A DNA stretch of 64,000 nt, taken from positions 32,001 through 96,000 of the forward strand of contig MTLY02000003.1 of NCBI GenBank assembly GCA_002011035.2, written 5' to 3'. Below, in pieces: positions 48,574-58,188 of this stretch. The notes beneath the pieces were generated by a model. The model made no database searches and was not told the origin of the DNA. It saw only the letters and a program-made list of their open reading frames with translations. Each line of letters begins with the position of its first letter. The stretch's first letter is position 1. The position numbers and the translations under genes are program-made. The DNA comes from Candidatus Hecatella orcuttiae. Its GTDB lineage: Archaea > Thermoproteota > Bathyarchaeia > Hecatellales > Hecatellaceae.

Positions 48574-49081
48574 GCTCGATCACGGCGTATGCATTAAAAG
48601 ATTTTGAGGTTAATATAAGGATTTAGGCTAATCTCAATTAAAATAAGCGAAAGTTCACCGTAAACGTGGCTTGGAAGGCGGGCTGCAGCCTCCCGGCTTC
48701 AAGCAAAATAAGCCGGAAAGGGCTGTTAAAGACAGGGAAGAAGATGATAGACCGAATTTGGCTGGTTCTACCGGAGCTAGGGTACATCAGGGTATCCACG
48801 GTCTTAACCGTGACAGCCGCTTTCCTCATGGTGCTAAGTCTTCGGAGGAAGCCCTACGTGGCGTATGTGGTTCGGAAGCGGGAGTTTATCTAGAATTTTT
48901 CAGGCTTCCCGTTTTTATGCTCCTTCGGCTTCGACAGCCAAACAGGTTCGTTAACCGTCTCTGAAGCGTTAAATGGTAAATTAACAGCGCGGCTCGCTGA
49001 AAATTATAACCTAAAGAAAAAGAGCTGGAAAAGGGTGGAAAAAAGAATGCTCGGCCCGAGGCATCGGGTTGCTTTGACAAG

Positions 49082-49246
49082 TTAAATTCTGCCCAGCTCT
49101 CCGGAGGATATCTTATCCACCAGTGTATTCCACTGTTCCGGGGTCAGTTTACACAGGTTTCCCTCTTCGCCTATTCGGACTTCTTTCTCATCGACTTCTA
49201 CGGTTGGACAGCAGCTGCCCTCTCCGCATAGGGTCACTATCTTCAC
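49082..49246 (-). CDS. Cys-rich microprotein, 54 aa
   Basis: Manual translation MKIVTLCGEGSCCPTVEVDEKEVRIGEEGNLCKLTPEQWNTLVDKISSGELGRI*; GTG start 6 nt after GGAGGTGA. Confidence 0.75.
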   Translation of the reverse strand: MKIVTLCGEGSCCPTVEVDEKEVRIGEEGNLCKLTPEQWNTLVDKISSGELGRI

Positions 49247-49411
49247 ACTCTGTCACCTCCGATGATGTGTCTTATCTTCGAAAACTTAATCATGATATTT
49301 ATCCTTTTATTCTAACAATTGTTAGCCGCCCTTCTGCTTTGAATAGTGTGGCTGTCTTCATTTTTGCTGTTAACGTCTATTTTCAAAATAATTATTAGTC
49401 ATCGTAACCTG

Positions 49412-49430
49412 TTATCACTTATTGTGATAA
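49412..49430. promoter_or_regulatory. Perfect palindromic operator upstream of dpsL
   Basis: TTATCAC-TTATT-GTGATAA, about 20 nt before the start codon. Confidence 0.65.
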
Positions 49431-49450
49431 ATAGATGGAGGTGAATAAAT

Positions 49451-50026
49451 GTGGAAAAGACCGCGAACGTTGGAAGAGAAATGGTGGAGAAAGCCGGTGT
49501 TGATGTTGAACTTTTGATAGATAAGCTTAAGAAGGCTGCGGCAGCTGAATTCACCACCTACTATTACTATACCCTCCTGAGAATGCACTGCACAGGTTTG
49601 GAGGGTGAAACAGTCAAGGAGATAGCCGAGGACGCTCGACTTGAAGACCGCCTGCACTTCGAAACTCTTGTCCCCAGAATCTATGAGCTGGGAGGCGAAC
49701 TCTACCGAGACCTGAAGGAGCTTCATGACGACGCGGCGTGCGCCGCCGCCTATCTCCCCAAAGACCCCAGTAACGTGAAGGAGATTCTCAAGGTTCTGCT
49801 GGAAGCTGAAAGGTGCGCTGTGCGGGTTTACACGGAAATCTGCAATATGACCGCGGGAAAAGACCATCGAACCTACGACTTATCCCTAGCCATACTTCAT
49901 GAGGAGATCGAGCATGAGGCATGGTTCCAAGAAATGCTGGAAGACAGACCGTCCGGACACTTCAGGCGGAGGTATCCCGGAGAGGGACCCTACACCAAAA
50001 AGTTCAGGCATATCGAAGCGCCCTAA
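49451..50026 (+). CDS. dpsL: DPS-like (DPSL/thioferritin) ferritin-family protein
   Basis: [26 protein letters not shown] diiron ligands plus Cys pair. Confidence 0.92.
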   Translation: MEKTANVGREMVEKAGVDVELLIDKLKKAAAAEFTTYYYYTLLRMHCTGLEGETVKEIAEDARLEDRLHFETLVPRIYELGGELYRDLKELHDDAACAAAYLPKDPSNVKEILKVLLEAERCAVRVYTEICNMTAGKDHRTYDLSLAILHEEIEHEAWFQEMLEDRPSGHFRRRYPGEGPYTKKFRHIEAP

Positions 50027-50045
50027 CGTTTCTCAAAAAAATAAC

Positions 50046-50062
50046 CTTTTTCCCTTTTTTTT
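50046..50062 (+). terminator. Oligo-T archaeal terminator after dpsL
   Basis: CTTTTTCCCTTTTTTTT just after the stop codon. Confidence 0.5.
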
Positions 50063-50091
50063 GAGTAAACCAGTTAAAGGAATAACCACCC

Positions 50092-50847
50092 ATGCTCTTC
50101 GGTTTAGAATTAATTCAGATAGGCTTCCTAGCCAGTCTGATGGCGGGTGCTGCCACAGGGCTGGGAGCCATCCCCGTGCTTTTCATCGTCAAGATCTCCG
50201 ACAGGCTGATGGACGTTCTCCTAGGGTTTGCGGCCGGAATCATGCTCGCCGCCTCTTTCTTCAGCCTGCTCATCCCGGCCATATCCCTTGGCGGGGTGTG
50301 GATGGCGGTGTTAGGACTTGTCGTCGGCGTGTTGCTTCTGCACTTGGTTGACCGCTATGTTCCCCACGCACACTTCATTCTAGGTCCGGAAGGGCCTTCT
50401 TCGCATCTGGCTTGGGTTTCGCTGCTGGTAATAGCCATCACCATCCACAATTTTCCTGAAGGGTTGGCGGTGGGGGTGAGTTTCGGAAGCGGAGACATTC
50501 GAGCGGGAATGGTTTTGGCCACGGGGATAGGTCTCCAGAACATGCCGGAGGGGTTAGCTGTAGCGTTGCCTTTAGTCCTCATCGGTTACCGTCGGTTGAA
50601 AGCGCTTGGCTACGCGACGCTCACAGGGCTTGTGGAGCCTCCGGGCGCCCTTTTGGGTTTGCTGGTTGTCACCTTAGCCAGCCCTATTCTTCCCTTTTCT
50701 TTGGCCTTCGCAGCCGGGGCTATGATGTTCGTGGTAGCCGATGAGATGATCCCTGAAAGCCACCGTAAAGGTCATGAAAGACCAGCTACCTTCGGGCTTA
50801 TCTTGGGCTTCGTGATCATGATGCTACTGGACACGCTTTTCGGCTAG
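50092..50847 (+). CDS. ZIP family (GufA/ZupT) divalent metal transporter
   Basis: FAAGIMLAAS, ITIHNFPEGLAVG, QNMPEG, EMIPE. Confidence 0.93.
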   Translation: MLFGLELIQIGFLASLMAGAATGLGAIPVLFIVKISDRLMDVLLGFAAGIMLAASFFSLLIPAISLGGVWMAVLGLVVGVLLLHLVDRYVPHAHFILGPEGPSSHLAWVSLLVIAITIHNFPEGLAVGVSFGSGDIRAGMVLATGIGLQNMPEGLAVALPLVLIGYRRLKALGYATLTGLVEPPGALLGLLVVTLASPILPFSLAFAAGAMMFVVADEMIPESHRKGHERPATFGLILGFVIMMLLDTLFG

Positions 50848-50863
50848 GTGAGGGTGCGCCTGT

Positions 50864-51172
50864 CTACAGCTCAACCCATATGTCTGAATTTTTGACGGCG
50901 ACCTGAAAAGTTTTAAGAGGCTTTTCGGCTGGAGGCGCCAACACTTCTCCGGTGGTTATGTCGAACTTGGCGTAGTGGAAGCCGCAGGTTATCACTTTGC
51001 CTTCTACGTTGCCTAGGTAGAGAGAGTATCCCAGATGGGAGCATCGGTCCTCAACCGCGTAGAAGCTTCCCTGAAAATTGACCACAAGCACCCTCTTTTC
51101 CTCTAGGGTGAACACCTTGGACCTACCTTCAGGTATCTCACTCGTCTTGGCTACTTTGACAAATCTGCCCAT
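50864..51172 (-). CDS. Rieske-type [2Fe-2S] ferredoxin
   Basis: CSH...CGFH motif, FDITTGE. Confidence 0.9.
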   Translation of the reverse strand: MGRFVKVAKTSEIPEGRSKVFTLEEKRVLVVNFQGSFYAVEDRCSHLGYSLYLGNVEGKVITCGFHYAKFDITTGEVLAPPAEKPLKTFQVAVKNSDIWVEL

Positions 51173-51289
51173 AATGGTGAACCTGAAAGAAAAAGCTGTT
51201 GGGAAAACAAAAAACGTTTTCTGAGACGATAGCCTTAATATCGTTTACAACTTATCTGAGTACATAAAATATATGAAAGGTTATAGTCT

Positions 51290-52546
51290 TTGGAAGCTGA
51301 ACTGGTCGCTTTGAGGGGGAAGCCTCCTAAGGTTAAGCCTACGTTCAAATACCGGGATGAATACCTTAAGGGCATAGAGAAGATTTTCTCCCTCTTCATC
51401 ACCGACGAAGCCTCCCGAGAGTTTCTCTCCTGCACCCTCATCTGCAGGGACTCTAAAACTCTCCTTTCCGGGGGGTACGGGACCGGGAAGACCACGTTCA
51501 TCGAAATGGCGGCTAAGATGTTCTACAGCAGCCAGCTGGGAATAGTTCGCTCTCATCAGGAGCTTACAACCTTCGACATCCTCTGGGCTTTGGACATTCA
51601 GAAATTCATCCAGTCTAAGATAGGGGCCATAACCCCGAGAAGCCTGATCACGGCGCCCTTTAAATTCATAAACGAGGTTCAAAGGCTGAACACTCAATGT
51701 CAAAACGCCCTCTTGGAGCTTCTTTCTGACAAGCACGTTGTCTTCTCAGATGTGCGGGCAGAATCCCCTGACTACGTTTGCTTCTTGGACATGAATCCTC
51801 ATGACATCGGCACAGTCGGCTTGGTCAGAGCCTTGATGGACAGGATAGACTTCTCCCTCAACATCACGCCTCTGGGAACCGGGGACACCACGGAACTCTT
51901 GGTCATAAAATACGGAGACCGCCATGTCGACGACCTTCGAACGCTGGCTGAGCCTGTGCTGACCTACGAGCAGATGACGGAGATATGGAGCGACGTGGAG
52001 AGAGTTTGGGTTTCAAGGGAAACCTTCCACCGAATCTCCCTGCTGGCCACCTTGCTGAGAAGATGCGTCAGGGTGGAAAGGTCTGTCATGTCCTCCCGGT
52101 ATAAACTGTCCCACGTGGGCTGCCCTTTCTACGGGGAAGTCTGCATGGACCTTATCATGCCCCTAGCCCACCGCTGGGTTGACTCTTCGGTGAAGCTTTC
52201 GAAGGCTAGGGCGTGGCTTCAAGCCCGGGATGAAATCTATTTCGACGACATTCTTTGGGCCATGACCTACACCTTGCCCCACCGCTTAGAGCTCACGCAA
52301 AGCGTCTTCGCCAAGTACCCTAATGAAGCAGCGTGGGTCAGCCAAAGGCTGAGGGAGAGTGTAACCTTGAAGGAGAGCCTCTGGGATGAGGCTTTGAAAT
52401 TTTTGGCGCCTGCGTTAAACGGCGATAAGGCAGCGTTAGCCAAGTTGTCGGAGATGGGGTCCAAAGACCTCGCCGTGGGAGGTCTCTTTGAATGGGTGGA
52501 AGAGCGGCTGTTGGAGAGGAAGGAGAAGGAAGCTAAAGCAAGGTGA
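51290..52546 (+). CDS. MoxR/RavA-like AAA+ ATPase
   Basis: GGYGTGKT, FINEVQR, QNALLEL, ALMDRI, LPHRL. Confidence 0.8.
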   Translation: MEAELVALRGKPPKVKPTFKYRDEYLKGIEKIFSLFITDEASREFLSCTLICRDSKTLLSGGYGTGKTTFIEMAAKMFYSSQLGIVRSHQELTTFDILWALDIQKFIQSKIGAITPRSLITAPFKFINEVQRLNTQCQNALLELLSDKHVVFSDVRAESPDYVCFLDMNPHDIGTVGLVRALMDRIDFSLNITPLGTGDTTELLVIKYGDRHVDDLRTLAEPVLTYEQMTEIWSDVERVWVSRETFHRISLLATLLRRCVRVERSVMSSRYKLSHVGCPFYGEVCMDLIMPLAHRWVDSSVKLSKARAWLQARDEIYFDDILWAMTYTLPHRLELTQSVFAKYPNEAAWVSQRLRESVTLKESLWDEALKFLAPALNGDKAALAKLSEMGSKDLAVGGLFEWVEERLLERKEKEAKAR

Positions 52547-52664
52547 ACGCTCCTCCCGCTGCGAACTCCGCGCCCTGTCGGCTTTAGGGAGTTTGGCCAT
52601 ATATGGCTAAATATGGCATAGTCTTTTTTTTGGCAGAAAGGTTTGGTGTTGATGCCAAGGTAGT

Positions 52665-53717
52665 GTGGCGGTGAAAGGGGTTGAAGGGATGAATCCTAGG
52701 GAGAGGGTGGAGGAGGCTTTGAGGCTGAGGCAGCCTGACCGGGTTCCAGTGCACCCTCACATCAGCCGGTGGGCGGCGAAGCTTACCGGGTCGACGGTTC
52801 AGGATTATTATCTGAAGCCGGAGGTCATGGTTCAAAGCCAGAAGACAGCTTGGAGGCTTCTAGGCCACGAGGTTGTCTACATCGGAAGCGACATCACCGT
52901 CGAGGCTCAGGCCTTAGGCTGTCAGAGCTCCTTCCCCCCTCAAGGTCCCCCCATGGTGGTGAAGCCTGTGCTGGAGGACGCTGCCCGCCTCCCAAGCCTC
53001 AAGCCTCCCAAGCCTCGAGAAAACCGGCGTATGAGCCTTGTGCTGGAAGCCTTGAGAAGGGCTGAGGAGGAATTTCGGAAGTCGGAGCTGATGATCTGCG
53101 GCGACGTGGTGGGTCCCCTCACCTTAGCCGGCTACCTCCGGGGAGCGGAAAACTTGGTCCGCGACGTAGCTCGAAGCAGCAGCCACCTGCCCGCTCTCTT
53201 GGAGCTTGCAACAGAGACCATTGTTTCCTACGCGGAGGAGCAGGTGGAAAGCGGAGCTCACATGGTTCTTATCAACGACCCCATGGCCTCCGGAAGCTTC
53301 GTCAGCCCTGAGCACTACCGGCTTTACGCGGCGCCCTATCAGAGGCGAATCGCGTCCTGCCTCCGGGAACTGGGCGCTTATACCATGCTTCACATCTGCG
53401 GGAACACCTCGGAGAGGCTGGGGTTGATGGCTGAAACCGGCATCCACGCCCTCAGCCTCGACGCCAAGGTTGACCTTCAATTCGCCAAGGAAACCGTGGG
53501 AAAAAAGGTTTGCATCGCCGGAAACCTAGACCCGGTTAGAGTGCTGATGGAAGGCAAGCCTGAGGACGTGAAACGGGAAGCCGCTGGAGCCATCGAAAAG
53601 GCCGGCGGGGGCGGAGGCTTCATCCTCATGCCCGGCTGCGGGGTGCCTGAGCCTGTTCCGGCGGAGAACTTGAAGGCCATGATGGACGCCGTTAGAGCTC
53701 ACGGTCTTTACCGTTAG
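52665..53717 (+). CDS. MtaA/CmuA (UroD-family) methylcobamide methyltransferase-like protein
   Basis: PDRVPV, VEAQALG, GPLTLA, LHICG, GNLDP, PGCG (HxC..C Zn ligands). Confidence 0.85.
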   Translation: MAVKGVEGMNPRERVEEALRLRQPDRVPVHPHISRWAAKLTGSTVQDYYLKPEVMVQSQKTAWRLLGHEVVYIGSDITVEAQALGCQSSFPPQGPPMVVKPVLEDAARLPSLKPPKPRENRRMSLVLEALRRAEEEFRKSELMICGDVVGPLTLAGYLRGAENLVRDVARSSSHLPALLELATETIVSYAEEQVESGAHMVLINDPMASGSFVSPEHYRLYAAPYQRRIASCLRELGAYTMLHICGNTSERLGLMAETGIHALSLDAKVDLQFAKETVGKKVCIAGNLDPVRVLMEGKPEDVKREAAGAIEKAGGGGGFILMPGCGVPEPVPAENLKAMMDAVRAHGLYR

Positions 53718-53786
53718 GAAACTGTTTAAATTTTCCCCGGCGGCATGGGGTAGTGGGAAGGCGGCGAAATCAGGAGCGTCGGTGCG

Positions 53787-54869
53787 GTGGTGGAGCTGGG
53801 TCTCCAACCCATGGAGGGCGACCATCTGGAGACTTTCCAAGGCGTCATCTTCAGCGTCAAAGGGCCTCTGCATCCTCCCGGCTACGTCGTCGCCTTCCCC
53901 AAGTATTACCCCAGCCCGGAGGGTTCAAGGGTCAGAGGAGGAAGGCGGTACGCTAAACTTGTCTCCTTGAAGGATTTCTACTCTTACGTGGAGAGAAACT
54001 GCCCTCAATACCTCCGCTTCGACCCGGTGTTGGGCGGGGAGGTCATCCAAGTTCCCCGCTTCCACATCGCCCGCTACCACACGCCGACCCAAGCCTTAGC
54101 TCAGCTTGCGGAGAAGGATAAACTCGACCCCGTGGAGAAGGACATCCTACAAATGGCCTTGTTCTTCAAGGAGGCAGCCGGCATTCCCCTCAGTGACTTG
54201 GGTGTATCCGGCTCGGTGATGCTGGGCCTCCATTCTTCCACCTCCGACATAGACCTGGTAATCTACGGGGAGGAAAACTGCCGGAAAGCCTACCGAGTTC
54301 TCTCCCAGCTGAGGGGGAAGGAGGGCGCCCCCATCCAACCCTTCACCGACGGCGAGTTGGCGGGCCTCTACCAGTCAAGGGTTGCAGATACCCCGATGGA
54401 TTTTGAACTCTTCCTCCAAGTGGAGAAGAGAAAAGTTCTTCAGGGAAAGTTCTGCGGGCGAGGCTACTCTTTGAGGCTGCTGAAAAAACGCGGAGAACTG
54501 GGAGAAGAATATGGCGCCGTGAAATACCGCCCCTTGGGCAGCGTGGAGATTGAAGCCGTGGTGGCTGAGGATGGGGAGGCCGTCTTCACCCCCTGCCGTT
54601 ACCTTTTGGAGGAGGTTTCCTTCCTCCGGGGGGAAGCCCCTGGGCTGGTAGCGGAGATAGTCTCCCACAGGGGACGCTTCTGCGAGCAGGCTCGACGCTG
54701 GGAAAAGATCCGCGTCCTCGGGAAGCTGGAGAAGGTTGTCTCCTCCGAGCGTGAACGTTTCCGGCTGCTCGTGGGGAGCGCCCCCGGGGATTTCTTCTTC
54801 CCTCTCCCCCCGCTGGAAGGAGTCCGCAGCCGGGCTGAGCGAAGGCAGTCTGGCCAGTTGGAGAAATGA
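53787..54869 (+). CDS. COG1665-like nucleotidyltransferase, paralog 1
   Basis: HPPG...KY, GVSGSVMLG....SDIDLVIYG, C-terminal OB-like domain. Confidence 0.8.
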   Translation: MVELGLQPMEGDHLETFQGVIFSVKGPLHPPGYVVAFPKYYPSPEGSRVRGGRRYAKLVSLKDFYSYVERNCPQYLRFDPVLGGEVIQVPRFHIARYHTPTQALAQLAEKDKLDPVEKDILQMALFFKEAAGIPLSDLGVSGSVMLGLHSSTSDIDLVIYGEENCRKAYRVLSQLRGKEGAPIQPFTDGELAGLYQSRVADTPMDFELFLQVEKRKVLQGKFCGRGYSLRLLKKRGELGEEYGAVKYRPLGSVEIEAVVAEDGEAVFTPCRYLLEEVSFLRGEAPGLVAEIVSHRGRFCEQARRWEKIRVLGKLEKVVSSERERFRLLVGSAPGDFFFPLPPLEGVRSRAERRQSGQLEK

Positions 54870-55936
54870 AAATGAGGGCTATGAAGGTTTTCAGGGACCG
54901 GGACTACGTCAAGACGGGGGAGAGTTTTTTCTTCTGCGTGGTGGATGAGGTTCACCCTCCCGGCCGGGTTACAGCCTACCTCAAATACGCCCCTGAAAAG
55001 GGCGGTGGAGGCCGATACCGGAGGGCTCTGCCCTTCTACTCCGTGCCCCACGTGGAAGACACACTTCGGTTTTTGGAGAAAAACCACCCTCGTTACCTTT
55101 TCCTAGACCCCCTCAGCGGGTTAAGGTTCTCAGCTGTCCCTCTGGAGGATATAGCCTGCCACTACTGCCCTGAGGAAAGACTCCGCAGCCTCCTCGCCGA
55201 GGGAGCTCCAGACGACTTGGAGAGGAAAGCCCGAGACTTAGCGGTGCTCCTCAGCCGGCGGGGCGGGGTGGAAACCCAAGCCTTGGGCTTAACGGGCTCC
55301 ATCCTCATCGGCCTGCATAACCCCCGGTACTCGGACATAGACCTCATCGTCTACGGAAAAAACAGCAGCCTCAAAGTCAGAGACGCCCTCCTAACCCTCT
55401 ACGGAGAAGGAGACTCGGAGGTGCGGAGGTTTGAGGGAGAACGCCTGAAAGCTTGGTGCCTAGAGAAAACCCAGCTTCACCCCCTCACCCCTGAGGAGGC
55501 TGAGTTCCTCTACCAGCGGGCCTGGAATAGAGGCGTCTTCCGCGGCGTCATGTTCTCCGTTCACCCCGTGCGGTTGGACTTTGAGGTTGAGGATGCCTAC
55601 GGAAGAAAAAAGACAACCCCGGAGGGCATCGTCCAGATTGAGGCTAGAATTCAGGATGATGGGGAAGCCATTTTCCTTCCCTCCGTCTACAAAGTGCGGG
55701 AAGTGAAAGTGACGGAAGGACCTGCGGTCGAAGACCTCACAGAACTCGTCTCCTACGAGGGCCTCTACGGAGGCGTCTACCGGAAGGGGGAGCAGGTTGC
55801 CGCCCGAGGGCTGCTGGAGAAGGTGGAAGACCTCCGAAGCGGAAAAACCTACCGAAGAGTTCTAGTAGGCTCGAGGGCAGCCCGTGGAGCCGATTACATA
55901 AAACTTCTTCCCCAACCCAGAATGAGAGGCGAATGA
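54866..55936 (+). CDS. COG1665-like nucleotidyltransferase, paralog 2
   Basis: RDRDY, HPPG...LKY, GLTGSILIG....SDIDLIVYG; ATGA overlap with paralog 1. Confidence 0.8.
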   Translation: MKMRAMKVFRDRDYVKTGESFFFCVVDEVHPPGRVTAYLKYAPEKGGGGRYRRALPFYSVPHVEDTLRFLEKNHPRYLFLDPLSGLRFSAVPLEDIACHYCPEERLRSLLAEGAPDDLERKARDLAVLLSRRGGVETQALGLTGSILIGLHNPRYSDIDLIVYGKNSSLKVRDALLTLYGEGDSEVRRFEGERLKAWCLEKTQLHPLTPEEAEFLYQRAWNRGVFRGVMFSVHPVRLDFEVEDAYGRKKTTPEGIVQIEARIQDDGEAIFLPSVYKVREVKVTEGPAVEDLTELVSYEGLYGGVYRKGEQVAARGLLEKVEDLRSGKTYRRVLVGSRAARGADYIKLLPQPRMRGE

Positions 55937-55971
55937 ACGTCTAAACTCCCACTGTTTTCCCCGCTTTCAAG

Positions 55972-56403
55972 CTAGGGTTTTCCCTCTAATTTCTGAGGCA
56001 GCAGCACATGTTGAAGGTTTTCAGTCTTCAAGGTCTTCAGCCTCTGAATCAGCTTCCTGAGAGGGTCTATGCCGCCTTTCACGGCTAGGGTCTCTAGGCA
56101 CCGATGCCTGTCGAGATGAATGTGGAGGGTGGTGGTTATGACCTCCGAGTAGGCGTGCTGAATCTCGGTTAGGCTCTGGAGAAGCCCCGGGGTTTCGTGG
56201 GCGTAGGTGAAGGTGATAGTCCCCACGAAGGTTCCCCCCCGGGTTCGGCTTAAAGCCTGGTAGTCGGCTATGAATTTTTGAAGCGCGTCCGCCACGGCCT
56301 TCGAGCGGTTGCGATAACCTATAGCCCTAGCTGTGTCCTCAAACTCCCTGTTAAGCTCCCTCGGCAGGGTTACACTTATCCTGGTAACTTTTGACCGGGT
56401 CAA
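55972..56403 (-). CDS. nikR: NikR-family regulator
   Basis: RISVTLP RHH, NRSKAVADA, HIHLD..RCLE. Confidence 0.9.
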   Translation of the reverse strand: MTRSKVTRISVTLPRELNREFEDTARAIGYRNRSKAVADALQKFIADYQALSRTRGGTFVGTITFTYAHETPGLLQSLTEIQHAYSEVITTTLHIHLDRHRCLETLAVKGGIDPLRKLIQRLKTLKTENLQHVLLPQKLEGKP

Positions 56404-56558
56404 GGTTTCCCTCCTCCAACCCAGTATTTTGTAGTGTAACTCCTCAACTTAAAAGGCCATGCTCTCGCTGCGCCGGAGCACTACCGTTATATTTCAGCTT
56501 CACCGAATACCCTTTATACTGCCCAGCAATCGCGAACAGCCCCGGTTGGTGAAAAACG

Positions 56559-57347
56559 ATGGACGTTGAAAGCTTGAAGGAAGTAGAAGAAACCACCATC
56601 ACCAAAGCCATCGTGGAGAAGGCCATGGAAGACTGGCTCAGCCTCTCCGAGGTCGATGTAGCCGTGGTCGGCGCTGGGCCCTCCGGCCTGACTGCAGCCC
56701 GCTACCTGGCCAAGGCCGGGTTGAAGACCGTGGTCTTTGAGAGGAGGCTTTCCTTCGGCGGAGGGATGGGCGGAGGAGGCATGCTCTTCCACAAGCTGGT
56801 CATCCAGTCTCCCGCCGACGTTGTCTTGAGGGAGGTAAACTGCAGGCTGGAGCCCTTGGAGGAAGGCGTCTACGTGGTGGACACGGCGGAGATGATGGCC
56901 AAACTGGCAGCAGGGGCCTTGGACGCAGGGGCTAAGATACTTCTCGGCTTGGTGGTGGACGACGTCATCATCCGAGGGGAAACCCCCACCATCACGGGGG
57001 TTGTAGTCCAGTGGACGGCGGTGACCATGTCCGGGCTTCACGTGGACCCTTTGGGGGTGAAGGCCAAAGCCGTGGTGGACTGCACAGGGCATGACGCGGA
57101 GGTTTTGGTCATCGCTTCGAGGAAAAACCCTGAGCTGGGCTTCACCGTGCCCGGGGAAGCGTCCATGTGGGCCCCCAAGGCGGAGAGGCTGATGCTGGAG
57201 AAGACAGGGCAAGTCTGCCCCGGGCTTTATGTGGCTGGAATGGCCACGGGAGCCGTTCACCAGACACCCCGCATGGGGCCGATTTTCGGCGGCATGCTTC
57301 TCTCAGGCCGGAGAGTCGCTGAAGTCATCCTCAGAGACTTGGGTTGA
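56559..57347 (+). CDS. thi4: Thiazole synthase Thi4, sulfide-dependent (non-Cys) type
   Basis: [41 protein letters not shown]. Confidence 0.93.
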   Translation: MDVESLKEVEETTITKAIVEKAMEDWLSLSEVDVAVVGAGPSGLTAARYLAKAGLKTVVFERRLSFGGGMGGGGMLFHKLVIQSPADVVLREVNCRLEPLEEGVYVVDTAEMMAKLAAGALDAGAKILLGLVVDDVIIRGETPTITGVVVQWTAVTMSGLHVDPLGVKAKAVVDCTGHDAEVLVIASRKNPELGFTVPGEASMWAPKAERLMLEKTGQVCPGLYVAGMATGAVHQTPRMGPIFGGMLLSGRRVAEVILRDLG

Positions 57348-57359
57348 AGGGGCAAGGGG

Positions 57360-58106
57360 TTAAAGCTTCCGAACGGCTTCAACCAGCGCCCTCACCATGA
57401 GTTGAAGAGCCTTTTCGCCTTTTTCCCGGCTGGCTAGGGTAGGGTCGCCTATCACCCCCGTGGCAGTGTCCCCGCCGATGGATTTTCCAGAGCTGAAGAC
57501 CCGAGCTGCCGCCTGCAGGTTGGCAGTGGTGAGTCCTCGGGGAAGCCATTCCGGCGTCTCCTTGGCAGCCTTGTCCATTTTCACCCTCTCAGGGCAGACG
57601 GCCAGCATGAGGGAGGTTTCCAGCTCCTCAGCGTGGACGAATATTTCCTCCTCCAAGGGGATCTCCCTCGCCAAGACTTCGGTGGGGAGGACGGTGAAAG
57701 GGCAGAGATGGTGAACGTTCAAGCCTTCTTTTCTGAGGTTTTGCGCCAGCTCCTCCACCAATTCACATTGTCCCGCGTGGCCGTTGAGCAGCACCATTTT
57801 CTCCACACCGTTTCTGGCTAGGCTTCGGGCAATGTCCCCGAGGACCTGTTTCAGGGTTTCAGCCTTGAGGCTGATGGTTCCAGCCCTAGGGAAGTGCTCC
57901 TCAGAGCAGCCGTAGGGCAGAACAGGGAGGACCAGTCCCCCCACCTCCTCAGCTACCTTCACGGCCATTTCCCAGACGTTCATGTAGTCGGTTCCCACGG
58001 GAAGGTGGGGACCATGTTGCTCCGTGCTTCCCAGGGGCAAGATCACGCAGGTTTCCCGTGGGATGAGTTCCTGAAGCTCAGGGGATGTCTTCTCAGCCCA
58101 AAACAT
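57360..58106 (-). CDS. Creatininase family amidohydrolase
   Basis: GSTEQHGPHLP.GTD, NGHAG, HAEELETS, GVIGDP. Confidence 0.9.
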   Translation of the reverse strand: MFWAEKTSPELQELIPRETCVILPLGSTEQHGPHLPVGTDYMNVWEMAVKVAEEVGGLVLPVLPYGCSEEHFPRAGTISLKAETLKQVLGDIARSLARNGVEKMVLLNGHAGQCELVEELAQNLRKEGLNVHHLCPFTVLPTEVLAREIPLEEEIFVHAEELETSLMLAVCPERVKMDKAAKETPEWLPRGLTTANLQAAARVFSSGKSIGGDTATGVIGDPTLASREKGEKALQLMVRALVEAVRKL

Positions 58107-58188
58107 CTTAAACCAGCCCTATGGAAAAAAGAAGGAAACTCTTTATTATATCTGCCAGAAAAACGCCGGCAGCCTTCGAAGGGCCGTT

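Noticed and set aside
48600-49080. RNase P or SRP RNA
   Set aside because: Conserved P4 and helix-8 motifs could not be matched convincingly.
49123-49398. 91-aa + ORF
   Set aside because: Antisense to the better supported 54-aa microprotein and runs through promoter DNA.
56404-56558. TPP riboswitch or canonical NikR operator upstream of thi4
   Set aside because: No TPP core motifs and no properly spaced GTAT/ATAC palindrome.
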